DNA of 64,000 bases, from IMG/VR virus record IMGVR_UViG_3300031839_001517. One strand, written 5' to 3'. The DNA is from an uncultured virus (IMG/VR IMGVR_UViG_3300031839_001517). Taxonomy: Duplodnaviria > Heunggongvirae > Uroviricota > Caudoviricetes. The position numbers and the translations under genes were made by a program. This document shows positions 10,789 to 21,307 of this stretch, one piece after another. Numbering within the stretch: the stretch's first letter is position 1; every line of letters starts with the position of its first letter. Below the pieces are notes generated by a model. That model was not told where the DNA came from. It did no database searches and was given only the letters and a program-made list of their open reading frames with translations.

Positions 10789-12373
10789 TATCCGCCACCC
10801 TGAACTTGAAGATCTTATCTTGTTCTAACCAAGAAGAAAGTTCATCATCATAAAAACTAAACTTGAATCCATACTCGTAACCGGGCTCTAAAAGCTTCAT
10901 GTTGAAGTCAAAATAGTTTCCCGATACATCATATGAAAGACCGGTAGCGTTGTCGCTACCTGTATTGTATGGCACCACCTCGAGTGCATCGAGGGTTCGA
11001 ACAACACGATACGAAGCACTCACAACTGGAATGTGTTCCGGGGTTGTCTTAGCTTTCGTGTATATTGTCGGGTTCCAATACTTGTTTCTGATATATAAAT
11101 TGAATCTAGCCGTCTCGCTGGGACTGTAGCGATTCTGTAAATTGGTTATGTTAATGAAGTATACCGGCTCTCGAGTGTCTGTTGTTGCTCCAAAATCTTT
11201 TGTCTTAATCGAGCCAGTAAATAACTGAATACTGTTGGTGGCTGGGTCACCGCCGCTACCTGTGTACCATACATCGTAAAGAGTCTTAATTTCAGATGTG
11301 GTGCCGGTTACAGCAATAGAGCAGGAGTAAATTCCTGTAGAAACATAGCCACCCGTAATAGCATATTGACCATCGTATAGTTTTAACTTGTGGGCATCGG
11401 GTTCTGAGTTATCATCGGAGCCAGAAAATAGACTGACCATGATAGAACCAGTGGTTCCAACTGCTGGTATGTTTGTGAGTTTTCCGCGGATGTAGTTATA
11501 AAGATACAGTGTGTTTAAATTATCCGGGCCGGGGGCGAGAGAGCTACTAAAATAGAAATCGCCTCGGTCATCGCGTGTAACAGAATCCCAGCGAGCTTCA
11601 ATAACAGGGCGCTTATAGAAATACTGCGTGCCTCTTGCAAAAAATCTTTTTGTGTAGTATGAGTCCTGAGCACCGCCAGTATTGTTAATAATGCTGCCAG
11701 TGTAAAGGGGAGTGATAACTGTGGAGTTTGAAGCCGAGTAGTACGCCTCAAAAGAAGAGGAAAGCATAATTCCAACACCATAGTTTGTTTTTGTTCCAGC
11801 AATCCAGTGTTCCACCAAAGGTGATATGTCTATTTCTAAGTTTTCTAATCCATTGGAGAATGTTTGTTTAAATTTGGGATCCGCTGCTCCCGTCAAGTAA
11901 GCACCACCAACTTCGCCTGCCGAGGAAGACCATGTGGTTGTATTTGTGGCATTTATCCAGTTAGAGCCTATGTTGCCCCTAGTTAAATCTTTATAGTTTT
12001 CGAGATCTAGTCCGAGCCCCTCTTGCCATTCCTGTGAGATTGGCAGCACTTCAAGAGTAAAATCTCTTGGAACAGTTTTGGATGTCTCAGCATTGCAAAG
12101 TTTAAGATAGAAGGAGACAGATCCGCTACCGGGGATTTTCTTTGCTGTTCTATCAGCACTGATGGAACTAATTGGAAACTGAATCAGTATTCTAGACAAT
12201 TCTTGCGAACCACTAGTTGCCGACGCTGATGCTTCTTGCCGGCCATAAATAGAATACGTTTCCAAGATGTCAGCTTGACCACAGTTGGCACCTGTGCCAC
12301 GTGTTGTCATATTTGGCTGATATGCGTTAACAATAGTGTTGTCAATGCTAGCGGTGTATCTTACAATTGACAT
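10778..12373 (-). CDS. Virion structural protein (baseplate-associated, beta-rich, Ser/Thr/Gly-rich)
   Basis: 531 aa between the wedge protein and the giant LamG protein; SRILIQF and RPVIEARWD motifs resemble DNRLRE-type structural domains. Confidence 0.6.
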   Translation of the reverse strand: MSIVRYTASIDNTIVNAYQPNMTTRGTGANCGQADILETYSIYGRQEASASATSGSQELSRILIQFPISSISADRTAKKIPGSGSVSFYLKLCNAETSKTVPRDFTLEVLPISQEWQEGLGLDLENYKDLTRGNIGSNWINATNTTTWSSSAGEVGGAYLTGAADPKFKQTFSNGLENLEIDISPLVEHWIAGTKTNYGVGIMLSSSFEAYYSASNSTVITPLYTGSIINNTGGAQDSYYTKRFFARGTQYFYKRPVIEARWDSVTRDDRGDFYFSSSLAPGPDNLNTLYLYNYIRGKLTNIPAVGTTGSIMVSLFSGSDDNSEPDAHKLKLYDGQYAITGGYVSTGIYSCSIAVTGTTSEIKTLYDVWYTGSGGDPATNSIQLFTGSIKTKDFGATTDTREPVYFINITNLQNRYSPSETARFNLYIRNKYWNPTIYTKAKTTPEHIPVVSASYRVVRTLDALEVVPYNTGSDNATGLSYDVSGNYFDFNMKLLEPGYEYGFKFSFYDDELSSWLEQDKIFKFRVADNEY

Positions 12374-14169
12374 TATCTACTCTTCCCTAAGATGTCTACA
12401 TCAGGAAATTTAAGCTCCATGATTGCATTGTTGGGCACCGCCAAATAAGAACCATCGCTTGAAAGATTCTTTTCAATTTCAATCGAAGAATTGGAATAGT
12501 CGCCACCGCTTTTAATGTAAATGTTTGCTTTAACCACGTCTAGGACACCTGTCACGTTCTTTAAGACTTCATAAATATCGCTGATGTACAGAGCTTCTCC
12601 AATAAACAAAGGCTGTCTGAAATGTTCTTTTAGTGCTTCTACACATCTTTCTATGACCAAAAACTTATCCGACATCTTTTGTGGCTTAACAACAAAGTTG
12701 ACACCAAAGTTAAGGATATATGGATCTAGAATATCGATTGTATCATTAATCATTCTATATTGATTGAGCCAAACTTTTAAATTATTTTTAATCGTGGAGT
12801 TAGCCAAAGTCAATTTGCCAGCAGTGTCCTCCGAAACAATATACATATTAAGATTTCGCTTCTGCGAATCTAAGTCTTTTTGAACGGAGCATCTCTTTAT
12901 CGCTCCAAACTTCGGGTGCATGCGATAAGCTAAATTCTCATAATCAGCCTGAGTGACAGCGCGATTCTGAGTGGGGAAGGTATCGTATATTCTTCTTTTG
13001 ATTTCCGCAGTGTTTGGATATGTGACATCCCCCGTGATTGGCTCCTCATTGGAAACCTCGAGAGACACTTGAACATCATTTATCTTACTGGTATTTAGGT
13101 TTTCTCTGTTTACAAAATCGAATGATGAGGCAACAGGGTTGTTCAGAGCACCAACGGCTACATTAGAGTTGGTGCCATTTGTCGCGCGATAAGTGATTAT
13201 AAGAGTAGTATTGGTGGGAACGATACCAAAGCTTTCATTTTGACTAAGTCTGGTAGGATCAAAGGTGGCACTCGTCGTGTAGGTTTTCCCAAAAACGTTA
13301 ACAGCAACATTTTGTGGGTTTGCGACGACATCTGAGTTACTCATCTTGCCGCTTCCGAATTGCAAAGTTACGGAGTCTCTTGTCATTTGAGTAATGAATT
13401 TTCTTGATACAAGTGTTGGCTTAATGATCGATGGAACATTGTCATTTTTAAAATTTGAGTTTCCAATTTCTTTAAAAACCATATCTTGTGAAAGATAGTC
13501 AACTTCAAAGTATTCATTTCCCTCTGCATCAAAGACTGATATAATCTCTGAGATGTTCTGGGCTGACAAGGTTACTTTCTTGAATCTCTCAAAGGCTCCT
13601 ACATTCACTCTCTCCTGTCCGAACTGGCCCGACACCACATTACCATAGGCTTTGACAGCGTAATGCGTTGGAGCACCGGTGGTGGCGTCTGTTCTTGCTG
13701 CGACAAACGTGTTCTTTGGGCTTGCAAAGTCTATGTTCTCGGTCAAGACGAAGCTAAGACCAGTATCCGAATTGAAAGTAGAGCCTCTTTTTAACACAGG
13801 CATATAAGATGTATCTGGCCCGATACCCAAACTAGTCGCTGGTATAAGTAGGAAGAGAGCCACCGTTCCATAAGTTGAAGGTCTTCCACTAAACTTATAC
13901 CCCATAATTGCGCCGTGGCGAACAACATTGGAGTATTGGAATGAAGTATCCAAGAAAGACTCATTAACGTTGTAATCTAGGTAAAAAGATAACTGATCGC
14001 CAACATACGAAACCGCATCAAGCATTAGGGCGCCGAACGAAGCTTCGCTGAAGTCTTGAAACGAATCCGGATAGAATCTTTCTGCTATTTCAAGCAGGTC
14101 CTGCTGGATAGTTTCAAACTCACGATGAGTATAGTCGATAGGAAGAAGCTTCTTTTCGTTTTTAGACAT
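12373..14169 (-). CDS. Baseplate wedge subunit (T4 gp6 / P2 gpJ-like)
   Basis: N-terminal IDYTHREFETIQQDL..YPDSFQDFSEAS; QNRAVTQADY motif typical of baseplate J/gp6; adjacent to a gp25-like gene. Confidence 0.88.
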   Translation of the reverse strand: MSKNEKKLLPIDYTHREFETIQQDLLEIAERFYPDSFQDFSEASFGALMLDAVSYVGDQLSFYLDYNVNESFLDTSFQYSNVVRHGAIMGYKFSGRPSTYGTVALFLLIPATSLGIGPDTSYMPVLKRGSTFNSDTGLSFVLTENIDFASPKNTFVAARTDATTGAPTHYAVKAYGNVVSGQFGQERVNVGAFERFKKVTLSAQNISEIISVFDAEGNEYFEVDYLSQDMVFKEIGNSNFKNDNVPSIIKPTLVSRKFITQMTRDSVTLQFGSGKMSNSDVVANPQNVAVNVFGKTYTTSATFDPTRLSQNESFGIVPTNTTLIITYRATNGTNSNVAVGALNNPVASSFDFVNRENLNTSKINDVQVSLEVSNEEPITGDVTYPNTAEIKRRIYDTFPTQNRAVTQADYENLAYRMHPKFGAIKRCSVQKDLDSQKRNLNMYIVSEDTAGKLTLANSTIKNNLKVWLNQYRMINDTIDILDPYILNFGVNFVVKPQKMSDKFLVIERCVEALKEHFRQPLFIGEALYISDIYEVLKNVTGVLDVVKANIYIKSGGDYSNSSIEIEKNLSSDGSYLAVPNNAIMELKFPDVDILGKSR

Positions 14170-14183
14170 AAAAAATCCTCAAT

Positions 14184-14552
14184 TTAAATAGTGAATTCTA
14201 ACAAATCTTGAATATTTAAATTCGGTATCGCATAGCGAATCATAATCGATAGCTGATTAGAATCTGGATTAGAAGAATCAAAAGATATTTCTTGGATTTG
14301 TATTGCAGGGATGTATATTCTTGTTTGTTTAAGAATATTTCTCTCTATTTTGGCAAATGTACTTTCGTTAAAATTTTCAAATAAATATTTTTTTATTCCC
14401 ACTCCAAAGTCTGGCTCCATGACTCTTTCACCGGGAGATGTTAACAAAAGCATCTTAAAATTTTGCCTTATCATGGTTTTAAAATTCTTAACCATTCCAA
14501 AGCCGTCGGATGGATCACGGGCTAGCGGTAATTTTACTCCAAGGGATGACAT
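14184..14552 (-). CDS. Baseplate wedge protein gp25/GpW-like
   Basis: LLLTSPGERVMEPDFGVGIKKYLFE signature, 122 aa. Confidence 0.92.
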   Translation of the reverse strand: MSSLGVKLPLARDPSDGFGMVKNFKTMIRQNFKMLLLTSPGERVMEPDFGVGIKKYLFENFNESTFAKIERNILKQTRIYIPAIQIQEISFDSSNPDSNQLSIMIRYAIPNLNIQDLLEFTI

Positions 14553-14596
14553 TTTATTCCTCTTTTTAGATATTTAGATCTTCGTCGAATATTCAA

Positions 14597-17500
14597 CTAG
14601 CCCTTTTTAGAGCATTCGTTTCCATTTGCATCAAAAACATTTCCGCGGGCGCGCTTTTTGGAGAATGCCGGTAGAACCTTGTATGCTGGGTTAAACCTAA
14701 ACTTTTCAATAATTCCATTAAGCCATTCACCAAGTGGATCACGATCTCCATAATCAGGCTTGGTCCATTTTCTGTTTCTGTAGTGTGTACGGAATGCATT
14801 CTTCATATATTTTGTTGAGTTACGTAGAACCTCTTGATCCCACTCATCATAGTCCAAGAAACCAAAGCTTGTAAACCAGCCATTTCTATCATCATCAGAT
14901 AACCAACCATTAATACTCTCAACGCTATACCTCACTTTCGGTACTTCGTCTTCATCATCGTAATATGGTTGTGCACCTTTTAAATGCACGCCGGGTTTTC
15001 CACCGTCGCCGCCGGCAAGATCACTAATAGAACTTGGGAATTTCGGCGAGTTAAGAGTACCGCTTGGCGTAACCCACTCTCCAATAGAGGGAGTAAGACC
15101 TAGGCCATTATAGATCGCTAGCAACGACAAGGCTTTCTTCATTGAGAAGATGTATTGTGTTACGAGCTTGAACCTTGGCTCATTCTCTAATTGCTGAATA
15201 AGGCACAGTAGTATTTTACTATTTGCCTCAATGCCTCTAAACTCGTTACAAGGCAGGTCTAGCGCGTCGATAGTTGTAACAGCTACTGGCACTGTGGCGC
15301 CGGTGCCTTTGTTGACCATACCGAATTCTAAGGCATACTGTACGCCTATATTACCAGTTATACCAACAACCTTTCCTTCGCCTACTACGTTGCCATCTCT
15401 AACTATTTGTTCTCTGACAACTCCGAGGGTTCCCGGATAGAGTTGAGATATTCTGCCAATTTGATTTCTAAGTCTGGAAACAGCCACATCGTTTGGATGC
15501 TCTTCGCCATTGATTAGGATGTACTTTTTGAGATAAAAATCCTTATCCCCGACACTTACTGTGCTTGGTATATCTCCAAGCGGCTCTTGAGTTATCGTCC
15601 TTCTCCCAGTTGGTTGCTCTGAGTCATCAAACTCTTCTACTTGTCGTATAGAGACGACTTCAAGTTTTTCAGCAAACGGAATTAAACGATCGTGCTCATC
15701 GTCGGCAGAATGCTCGCGGCCGGCCATGTAGATAAGCTCTCCGTCAACATCGTAATGAGTGTGATACTCTCCAACGTATGGCGTTCCATCAGGGAGAGCT
15801 AGCTGGTCGCCCGTGGAGTAATGATTAGAACCCTCTGTTGGCAGTGCACCGGGCTTAATCACCGATTTATGCTCACCATATAATTTTAAGTTTTCACCAC
15901 CTGCGCAGTATTTGTTATAAAAGAAGTAATTCATGTTGTAATGTGTTGGTGTTAGACCACCGCGGTGTGCGTTCTTAATAAACAAGTCACCAACAGCGAT
16001 CATTTGCTCAAATACCAACTCTTGCAATACTAGCTTAGCTTCTGATTCTACACGCTTAACTGCTTCAAGATTCTTGCTTTCTCGGAAACTCTTCATAGAT
16101 TCGAAGGTTCCGTAATCTTCGCTGTTGAAATCATCGAAGTCCCATGGATATTTGTATGTCTTCTGTAATTTGTCAATTCTCTCGAGAGCAGTGCGAATAT
16201 ATTCTGGCATGTTATCTAATGTGATAAACTCATCATCAAAGTCATCCAGTCTGTCAATATAGAACTGAACACTCATTTCCAAGAATGCATACCAAAACTC
16301 ATCATCCTTGAATGGATTTAAGAAATTGCCGCCCGTCGACATACAAGCTTCTTTCATAATTTCTACGATGTATCCAGCGTATACTTTACTGTAATTCTCT
16401 TCGAACTTTGGAGCGAAAGTTGCAAACGTTCCAAGACCCTTCATTAATTCCACGTTAACAAAACAACGGATACCTGACATGATTATACCGCGGAGGGCAG
16501 CCTTGCCTGTGCGAGGCAGAATTCTATCGAAAGGCACTTCTCTGGTGCAGTCAGGATCTCCTGTCAAACGGCCGTCTTCTGATAAGGAAGCATACGTATC
16601 CCTGACCATCTTCTGGACATCAGCGAACTCAGCCATTCCCTGTGTTTTAACTTTGCAAGTAGATGGACTTCTCTCCGGGAACATAACGTCCAATAGCCCA
16701 ACCCAACCCGTATTGGGCGGAGGCTTAGCATACACAGGAGGGAAAGTATAGTTGCCGCCGTATTTTGACGGCTCCAAGTAAAAGATACTAATGTTTTCTG
16801 GGTTCTCTCTGTTCTTGTGTGCATCATAACTAATACCTAAAAACTGATCATCAGATGCCCAGATAGGACCAGACGAAACATTTAAGTCCCACCATGGTAC
16901 CCAATCACCAATATTGTATTTCTCACGATTGAAAGGCTCGAGTTCAGGGTCCAGCGTTACACCATACTCAAAGTCTTTACGAGTGTAATTGGGGAATGAG
17001 GCACCAAATAACCAACCCCTTGGGTTAGAATATATTTCATTCGCAAAGTCATCGAAAAACTGCTGATTGACCCTGTTGTACATCGCCTCTGCTGAGGTAC
17101 TATTGAAAGCACTGGCTTGGCCGCCGAGTTGACATAAGTCTAATATTGTTGAAACTTGTGGTGGCTGGTCATATCGGTCTTCAAAGTGTCTAGCTGTTTT
17201 CGGGAAAAGAACTGTGTTTAATCCTTCAAGGCCATCATCAACCGACAGGAACTCAAATCTCTGGTTCTGTATTATCTTGTCTCCACTCTTCATTTTGTTT
17301 AGGAAATCATTTTGCTGATCATCGGTTAATGTTGCGTTACCCATATTAAACGCGCCACCCAAGTTGGTAGCATCTATGATTTTGACTCGGATGTTGTCAT
17401 CGGGTCTATTGACTGTCTTGTTGTTTTCCCCCTTCTCGTACAGATCAGCATAGTAGGCGTTTACTTGATATCCGTAATTCCATTTAGAGTCGGAGAATTC

Positions 17501-20500
17501 TGGCTTTCCTGGGCCCAGGAAATAACCTTTTCCATTGTCTCTAAATGTCATAGTAATATTAGGACTTCTTTTTCGAGAAAGCTTTGTGAACCTAACTCTG
17601 TTGGAACCAAAATCGGCGCGCGCTGTAACGTTATAGCCATAGTCAGCTAGATGCACAAGTTCAACATCTGTGTCCCAAAAGAAGCCATCAAACCCCAAAC
17701 TATCAAAGCTTCTATTAAAGTTGCGCCGGGGCTGTCGGTCATTTGTGGCTTTGAATGTCATCGAAGAATTAAAGTCGAAGTTGAGGCCTCGCAAGTCAGA
17801 GCCACCGCCTTGTGCAGCGTTACCTGTGGGATTAAACTGTTGTCTAAGGAATCCTCCTACCCATTTTGGATAGGCGCCCCTGCGAGAACTAAAAAACAAC
17901 AAGTCAATAAGATATATGAACAAAATCAATGGGAAGAATGCAATCCACGCTAGAAAACCAACCAACCACAAAGGTATCTTAAACGGGTTGCTTGGAGGCG
18001 AGGGTGGCCCCAGAGGATCCTCACCGGTGAGTTCACCATAGTAAGACACCCATTCTGCACCATTTGCAACCTTGTCTTGGTGTACAGTCCACGGGTTTCC
18101 GTATGTATCAGAAAGGACCATGTTCATGAATCCCCAATCTTTTTGGGATGAAAAGAATCCGCCATCTCCTAGCATGTCACTAGCAAATGTTGCTTCCATT
18201 CTCTTTGTGTCGCCCTCAACACCCAGTAGGGCAGCTTCCCTCAATTGTTCCGGCTCGTATGGTAGCATTCCATTATCGCAACCCGGATCTGAGAACACTG
18301 GTGGCATATTTGCTTCGATGAGGTTTGGTAAACCCATCTGTAAGGTGTTAGCTACATCTTCCAAGTCATCAAGCAGTTGACCTTTCGCGCTCTCATTCAG
18401 AGCTTCACATTGTGCAGGTGACATGCGGCCTTCCAATAAAGCACATCGCCTCTGCTCGAACAAGTCAAGCTCTTCGGGAGTTGCACACATGGTTGGATTA
18501 GCCGGCACTCCAGTTTCCTCTGGGAACGATGCCAGTATCCCTCTCATATCGCTTCTTAACTGTGCTGGGATTAGAACGCCAACATTCTTAAAGAAACTAG
18601 AAAGTGATGATTTGTTAGGGAAAGCATCTCGGTATTCCGGGTAATCAAACTCAATGAGGTTATCCATCATTTCTAGTGCTGTGTTTGACGGACCACTAAG
18701 GAAAGCTTCAAACGTTTCCTCTCTCGTCATTGTATTAATCGAATCAGCAAAGAAATTAATCGCTGTTTCTCTGTCAGCGAGTGCTGCACCACCGACGCCC
18801 AACTGCTCGACAAGGGATACAACAGTATCTTCTACTTGCTCATCAGAGGCGCCGGGGCCGCAAATTGATTCTCTGATTACGCCATACAGGCTTGCACGGC
18901 CGCTGAGGAGATCCGGAAGTGAGCCGGCAACAGCGCCAACTGTTTCCAGAGCTTTGCAGATTGCATCGCCAATGATTTCGCAAATTTTGCTTAGAATCAT
19001 ATACAAGATTTTTACAAGCAAAAAGATGAGTATCTTTTTCAAAACCCAGAAAATTAATTGTAAAATATCTGATAGTTTAGGCCATGCTCTAAACGGGTTC
19101 TCCATTCGTATGGCAACAATATCTGTGGGATTTCTACAGAACGGTAACGTTAAACTCTTAATAAAGTCCATTACTCCGGGGTTAAAAAGTGGTGGAGTGG
19201 GACAATCAAACAAAGCAATAACTGCTGAAATCAACTGGGCACCGGGGAACGTACTGAGTACATCTAATAATGAAAGTAAGTTATCTTCATAGACTTCCAC
19301 AAGTGCCAAAACATAAGCTTCTAAAATTACATTTGGATCAAGACCACTCTTTTCTGAGGCTGAGGGTCCTTGGATTTTTTCAGCTAGTGTTCTTCTCTCT
19401 TGGGTTGGATCGAAGCCAACAATGCCGGGGTTTTTAGAGGGCTGGTTCCCGCCAAAGGGTCCGGGGCGCTCAATTGCTTTCTGGTGCGCTACAAACTGTT
19501 CGTTCTCCCACGGTTTTTCGATTCCGATTCCACCAAAAAATGGAGCACCTTCGGAGCGTGGAGAACGGTCACTGAGACCTTCAAACATTTTGCCTTCTTT
19601 GAGGTTTTTTCTAACTAGGGCATCTAGCTCTGCTCTTTTCTCTGGCGGTAATCCGACAAACAAGGCGCCGAAGTCTTCCACACCCATTGCCTTCAAGGTA
19701 ACTAAAACAATTCTCCCAAGCGCTTCTTGGAGAGAGAGACCTTTCATTAAACAGTCCATGGCTTCCAACATTAAGTCAAAAAGACCGCAATGCTTCATTG
19801 GATCTAAGCCGTGGGTATATAACTTATCAAGGCCGGCCATTCCGGGGATCGGAAGCCCCAAGGCTTGCCGACATGTTAGTTCAAAAATATTATCTTTTTC
19901 TTCAACAGTCATGTATGCCTGATTCATGGCTTGCATCTGCATATTATATAAATCAGTGAAGGTTGTTCCGGGGCTGAGTCCTTGGTCTGCCAAGTCTTTC
20001 TTTACCTCGTCTGGATTTGAACGACACAAGGCTTCATGAAACTGTTTAGCAATTGCATCCCCAATACCGAAAACTTCATCAAAGATATCTTGTCCAAGTT
20101 CTTTAAATTCGTTTTCCAAGTTATTTGCTATGCAATCGCTTATTGTCGGCTTCCCAATCGGGCCTTCGGGTTTGAAAGCATAGATTGTCGGGTATGTATA
20201 TTTTTCTAAGTACTCAATCCACGGCATTGGCTTGCGGGATTCAGCGTCCCTCATCATGCCATTCTGATGGGCGAAGAAGGCCACTGCGGTTTTATCGCGC
20301 CAACCACTGTTCCTTCTAAGTGTGGCGAGTCTTCTATTTCTGTATCTTGCGGCCGGACGATCGCGGCAACCCATGGTGAATACTTCTAACAATTTTATTT
20401 TGTAATCAGCAGTGAAGACCATATTCATCTTTGTAATCAGTTCGTCTGACGAGAACATGTCAAAGAAACTGACACCTAATGTGTACCCGCGAGCGGCGAG

Positions 20501-21298
20501 CCAGTTGTCTAATTGGTTATAGGTATCCGCCAAAGCGCCTTTTCCAAAAAGACCATCGTCGCCATAATTTCCAAGATTAAAGATTCGATCATCTTTCTTA
20601 AATTTTAAATTTCCGCCTTCCGTAGCACGGAAAACTTTCAAATATCTATTATAAAGATCCAGAGTTTTTCTAAGTTTGACAATGTTGGTATTTAAATCCT
20701 TTGCCATCAAAGTCACTTCTATGTCTTCTGGGTCAGGCTTAAATTCGTCTTCGTCACTGTACTCTTGTTTTAGCGGCGGGAGGGCGAATACATCATCAAA
20801 TTCTAATGAATACAGCAATTTAAGTCTAGAACCCGTGCGTGCTTCAAGGTAATAATCAGTATAATCGACAACCTTTGTCATACTCAGCACACTGTCCATG
20901 GAGTCGTCTTTCTGGAAGTGCTCCAACAGTGCTTGAATTGCTTGATACTCGTACCGCTTGAACATACCTTTCAGCATTTCGGCGGCTTCTTCTTCGGTCA
21001 TACCCTCCACAAACCCAGTGGTGGTCTCTGGGGTAACAAAAGTTATTTGATATTTACAGCTTTTTTCATTAAGTATGGGCTCGAGCTGGTTGCGATTTCT
21101 CCAATTGCTTATAATAGAATAAGGATTAGGAATGCACTGCCGGCATTTCTGCGCCGGTGGGGTGACATCATCACACACATCGGGCATCCCATCACCATTT
21201 TTATCTTGAAACTTCAAGTAAGGCGACATTTGATCGCGGATCGATTCCTCAGTAGCAGGAACCATAGTCAGATTTTTAGATGATTTATCTTTTGCCAT
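14597..21298 (-). CDS. Large (2233 aa) virion protein with two hydrophobic segments; possible tape-measure or ejected channel protein
   Basis: Located in the baseplate module; hydrophobic runs ILQLIFWVLKKILIFLLVKILYMIL and IPLWLVGFLAWIAFFPLILFIYLIDLLFF; N-terminal DKNGDGMPD Ca-binding-like loop. Confidence 0.6.
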   Translation of the reverse strand: MAKDKSSKNLTMVPATEESIRDQMSPYLKFQDKNGDGMPDVCDDVTPPAQKCRQCIPNPYSIISNWRNRNQLEPILNEKSCKYQITFVTPETTTGFVEGMTEEEAAEMLKGMFKRYEYQAIQALLEHFQKDDSMDSVLSMTKVVDYTDYYLEARTGSRLKLLYSLEFDDVFALPPLKQEYSDEDEFKPDPEDIEVTLMAKDLNTNIVKLRKTLDLYNRYLKVFRATEGGNLKFKKDDRIFNLGNYGDDGLFGKGALADTYNQLDNWLAARGYTLGVSFFDMFSSDELITKMNMVFTADYKIKLLEVFTMGCRDRPAARYRNRRLATLRRNSGWRDKTAVAFFAHQNGMMRDAESRKPMPWIEYLEKYTYPTIYAFKPEGPIGKPTISDCIANNLENEFKELGQDIFDEVFGIGDAIAKQFHEALCRSNPDEVKKDLADQGLSPGTTFTDLYNMQMQAMNQAYMTVEEKDNIFELTCRQALGLPIPGMAGLDKLYTHGLDPMKHCGLFDLMLEAMDCLMKGLSLQEALGRIVLVTLKAMGVEDFGALFVGLPPEKRAELDALVRKNLKEGKMFEGLSDRSPRSEGAPFFGGIGIEKPWENEQFVAHQKAIERPGPFGGNQPSKNPGIVGFDPTQERRTLAEKIQGPSASEKSGLDPNVILEAYVLALVEVYEDNLLSLLDVLSTFPGAQLISAVIALFDCPTPPLFNPGVMDFIKSLTLPFCRNPTDIVAIRMENPFRAWPKLSDILQLIFWVLKKILIFLLVKILYMILSKICEIIGDAICKALETVGAVAGSLPDLLSGRASLYGVIRESICGPGASDEQVEDTVVSLVEQLGVGGAALADRETAINFFADSINTMTREETFEAFLSGPSNTALEMMDNLIEFDYPEYRDAFPNKSSLSSFFKNVGVLIPAQLRSDMRGILASFPEETGVPANPTMCATPEELDLFEQRRCALLEGRMSPAQCEALNESAKGQLLDDLEDVANTLQMGLPNLIEANMPPVFSDPGCDNGMLPYEPEQLREAALLGVEGDTKRMEATFASDMLGDGGFFSSQKDWGFMNMVLSDTYGNPWTVHQDKVANGAEWVSYYGELTGEDPLGPPSPPSNPFKIPLWLVGFLAWIAFFPLILFIYLIDLLFFSSRRGAYPKWVGGFLRQQFNPTGNAAQGGGSDLRGLNFDFNSSMTFKATNDRQPRRNFNRSFDSLGFDGFFWDTDVELVHLADYGYNVTARADFGSNRVRFTKLSRKRSPNITMTFRDNGKGYFLGPGKPEFSDSKWNYGYQVNAYYADLYEKGENNKTVNRPDDNIRVKIIDATNLGGAFNMGNATLTDDQQNDFLNKMKSGDKIIQNQRFEFLSVDDGLEGLNTVLFPKTARHFEDRYDQPPQVSTILDLCQLGGQASAFNSTSAEAMYNRVNQQFFDDFANEIYSNPRGWLFGASFPNYTRKDFEYGVTLDPELEPFNREKYNIGDWVPWWDLNVSSGPIWASDDQFLGISYDAHKNRENPENISIFYLEPSKYGGNYTFPPVYAKPPPNTGWVGLLDVMFPERSPSTCKVKTQGMAEFADVQKMVRDTYASLSEDGRLTGDPDCTREVPFDRILPRTGKAALRGIIMSGIRCFVNVELMKGLGTFATFAPKFEENYSKVYAGYIVEIMKEACMSTGGNFLNPFKDDEFWYAFLEMSVQFYIDRLDDFDDEFITLDNMPEYIRTALERIDKLQKTYKYPWDFDDFNSEDYGTFESMKSFRESKNLEAVKRVESEAKLVLQELVFEQMIAVGDLFIKNAHRGGLTPTHYNMNYFFYNKYCAGGENLKLYGEHKSVIKPGALPTEGSNHYSTGDQLALPDGTPYVGEYHTHYDVDGELIYMAGREHSADDEHDRLIPFAEKLEVVSIRQVEEFDDSEQPTGRRTITQEPLGDIPSTVSVGDKDFYLKKYILINGEEHPNDVAVSRLRNQIGRISQLYPGTLGVVREQIVRDGNVVGEGKVVGITGNIGVQYALEFGMVNKGTGATVPVAVTTIDALDLPCNEFRGIEANSKILLCLIQQLENEPRFKLVTQYIFSMKKALSLLAIYNGLGLTPSIGEWVTPSGTLNSPKFPSSISDLAGGDGGKPGVHLKGAQPYYDDEDEVPKVRYSVESINGWLSDDDRNGWFTSFGFLDYDEWDQEVLRNSTKYMKNAFRTHYRNRKWTKPDYGDRDPLGEWLNGIIEKFRFNPAYKVLPAFSKKRARGNVFDANGNECSKKG

Positions 21299-21307
21299 AA
21301 CGTAATC

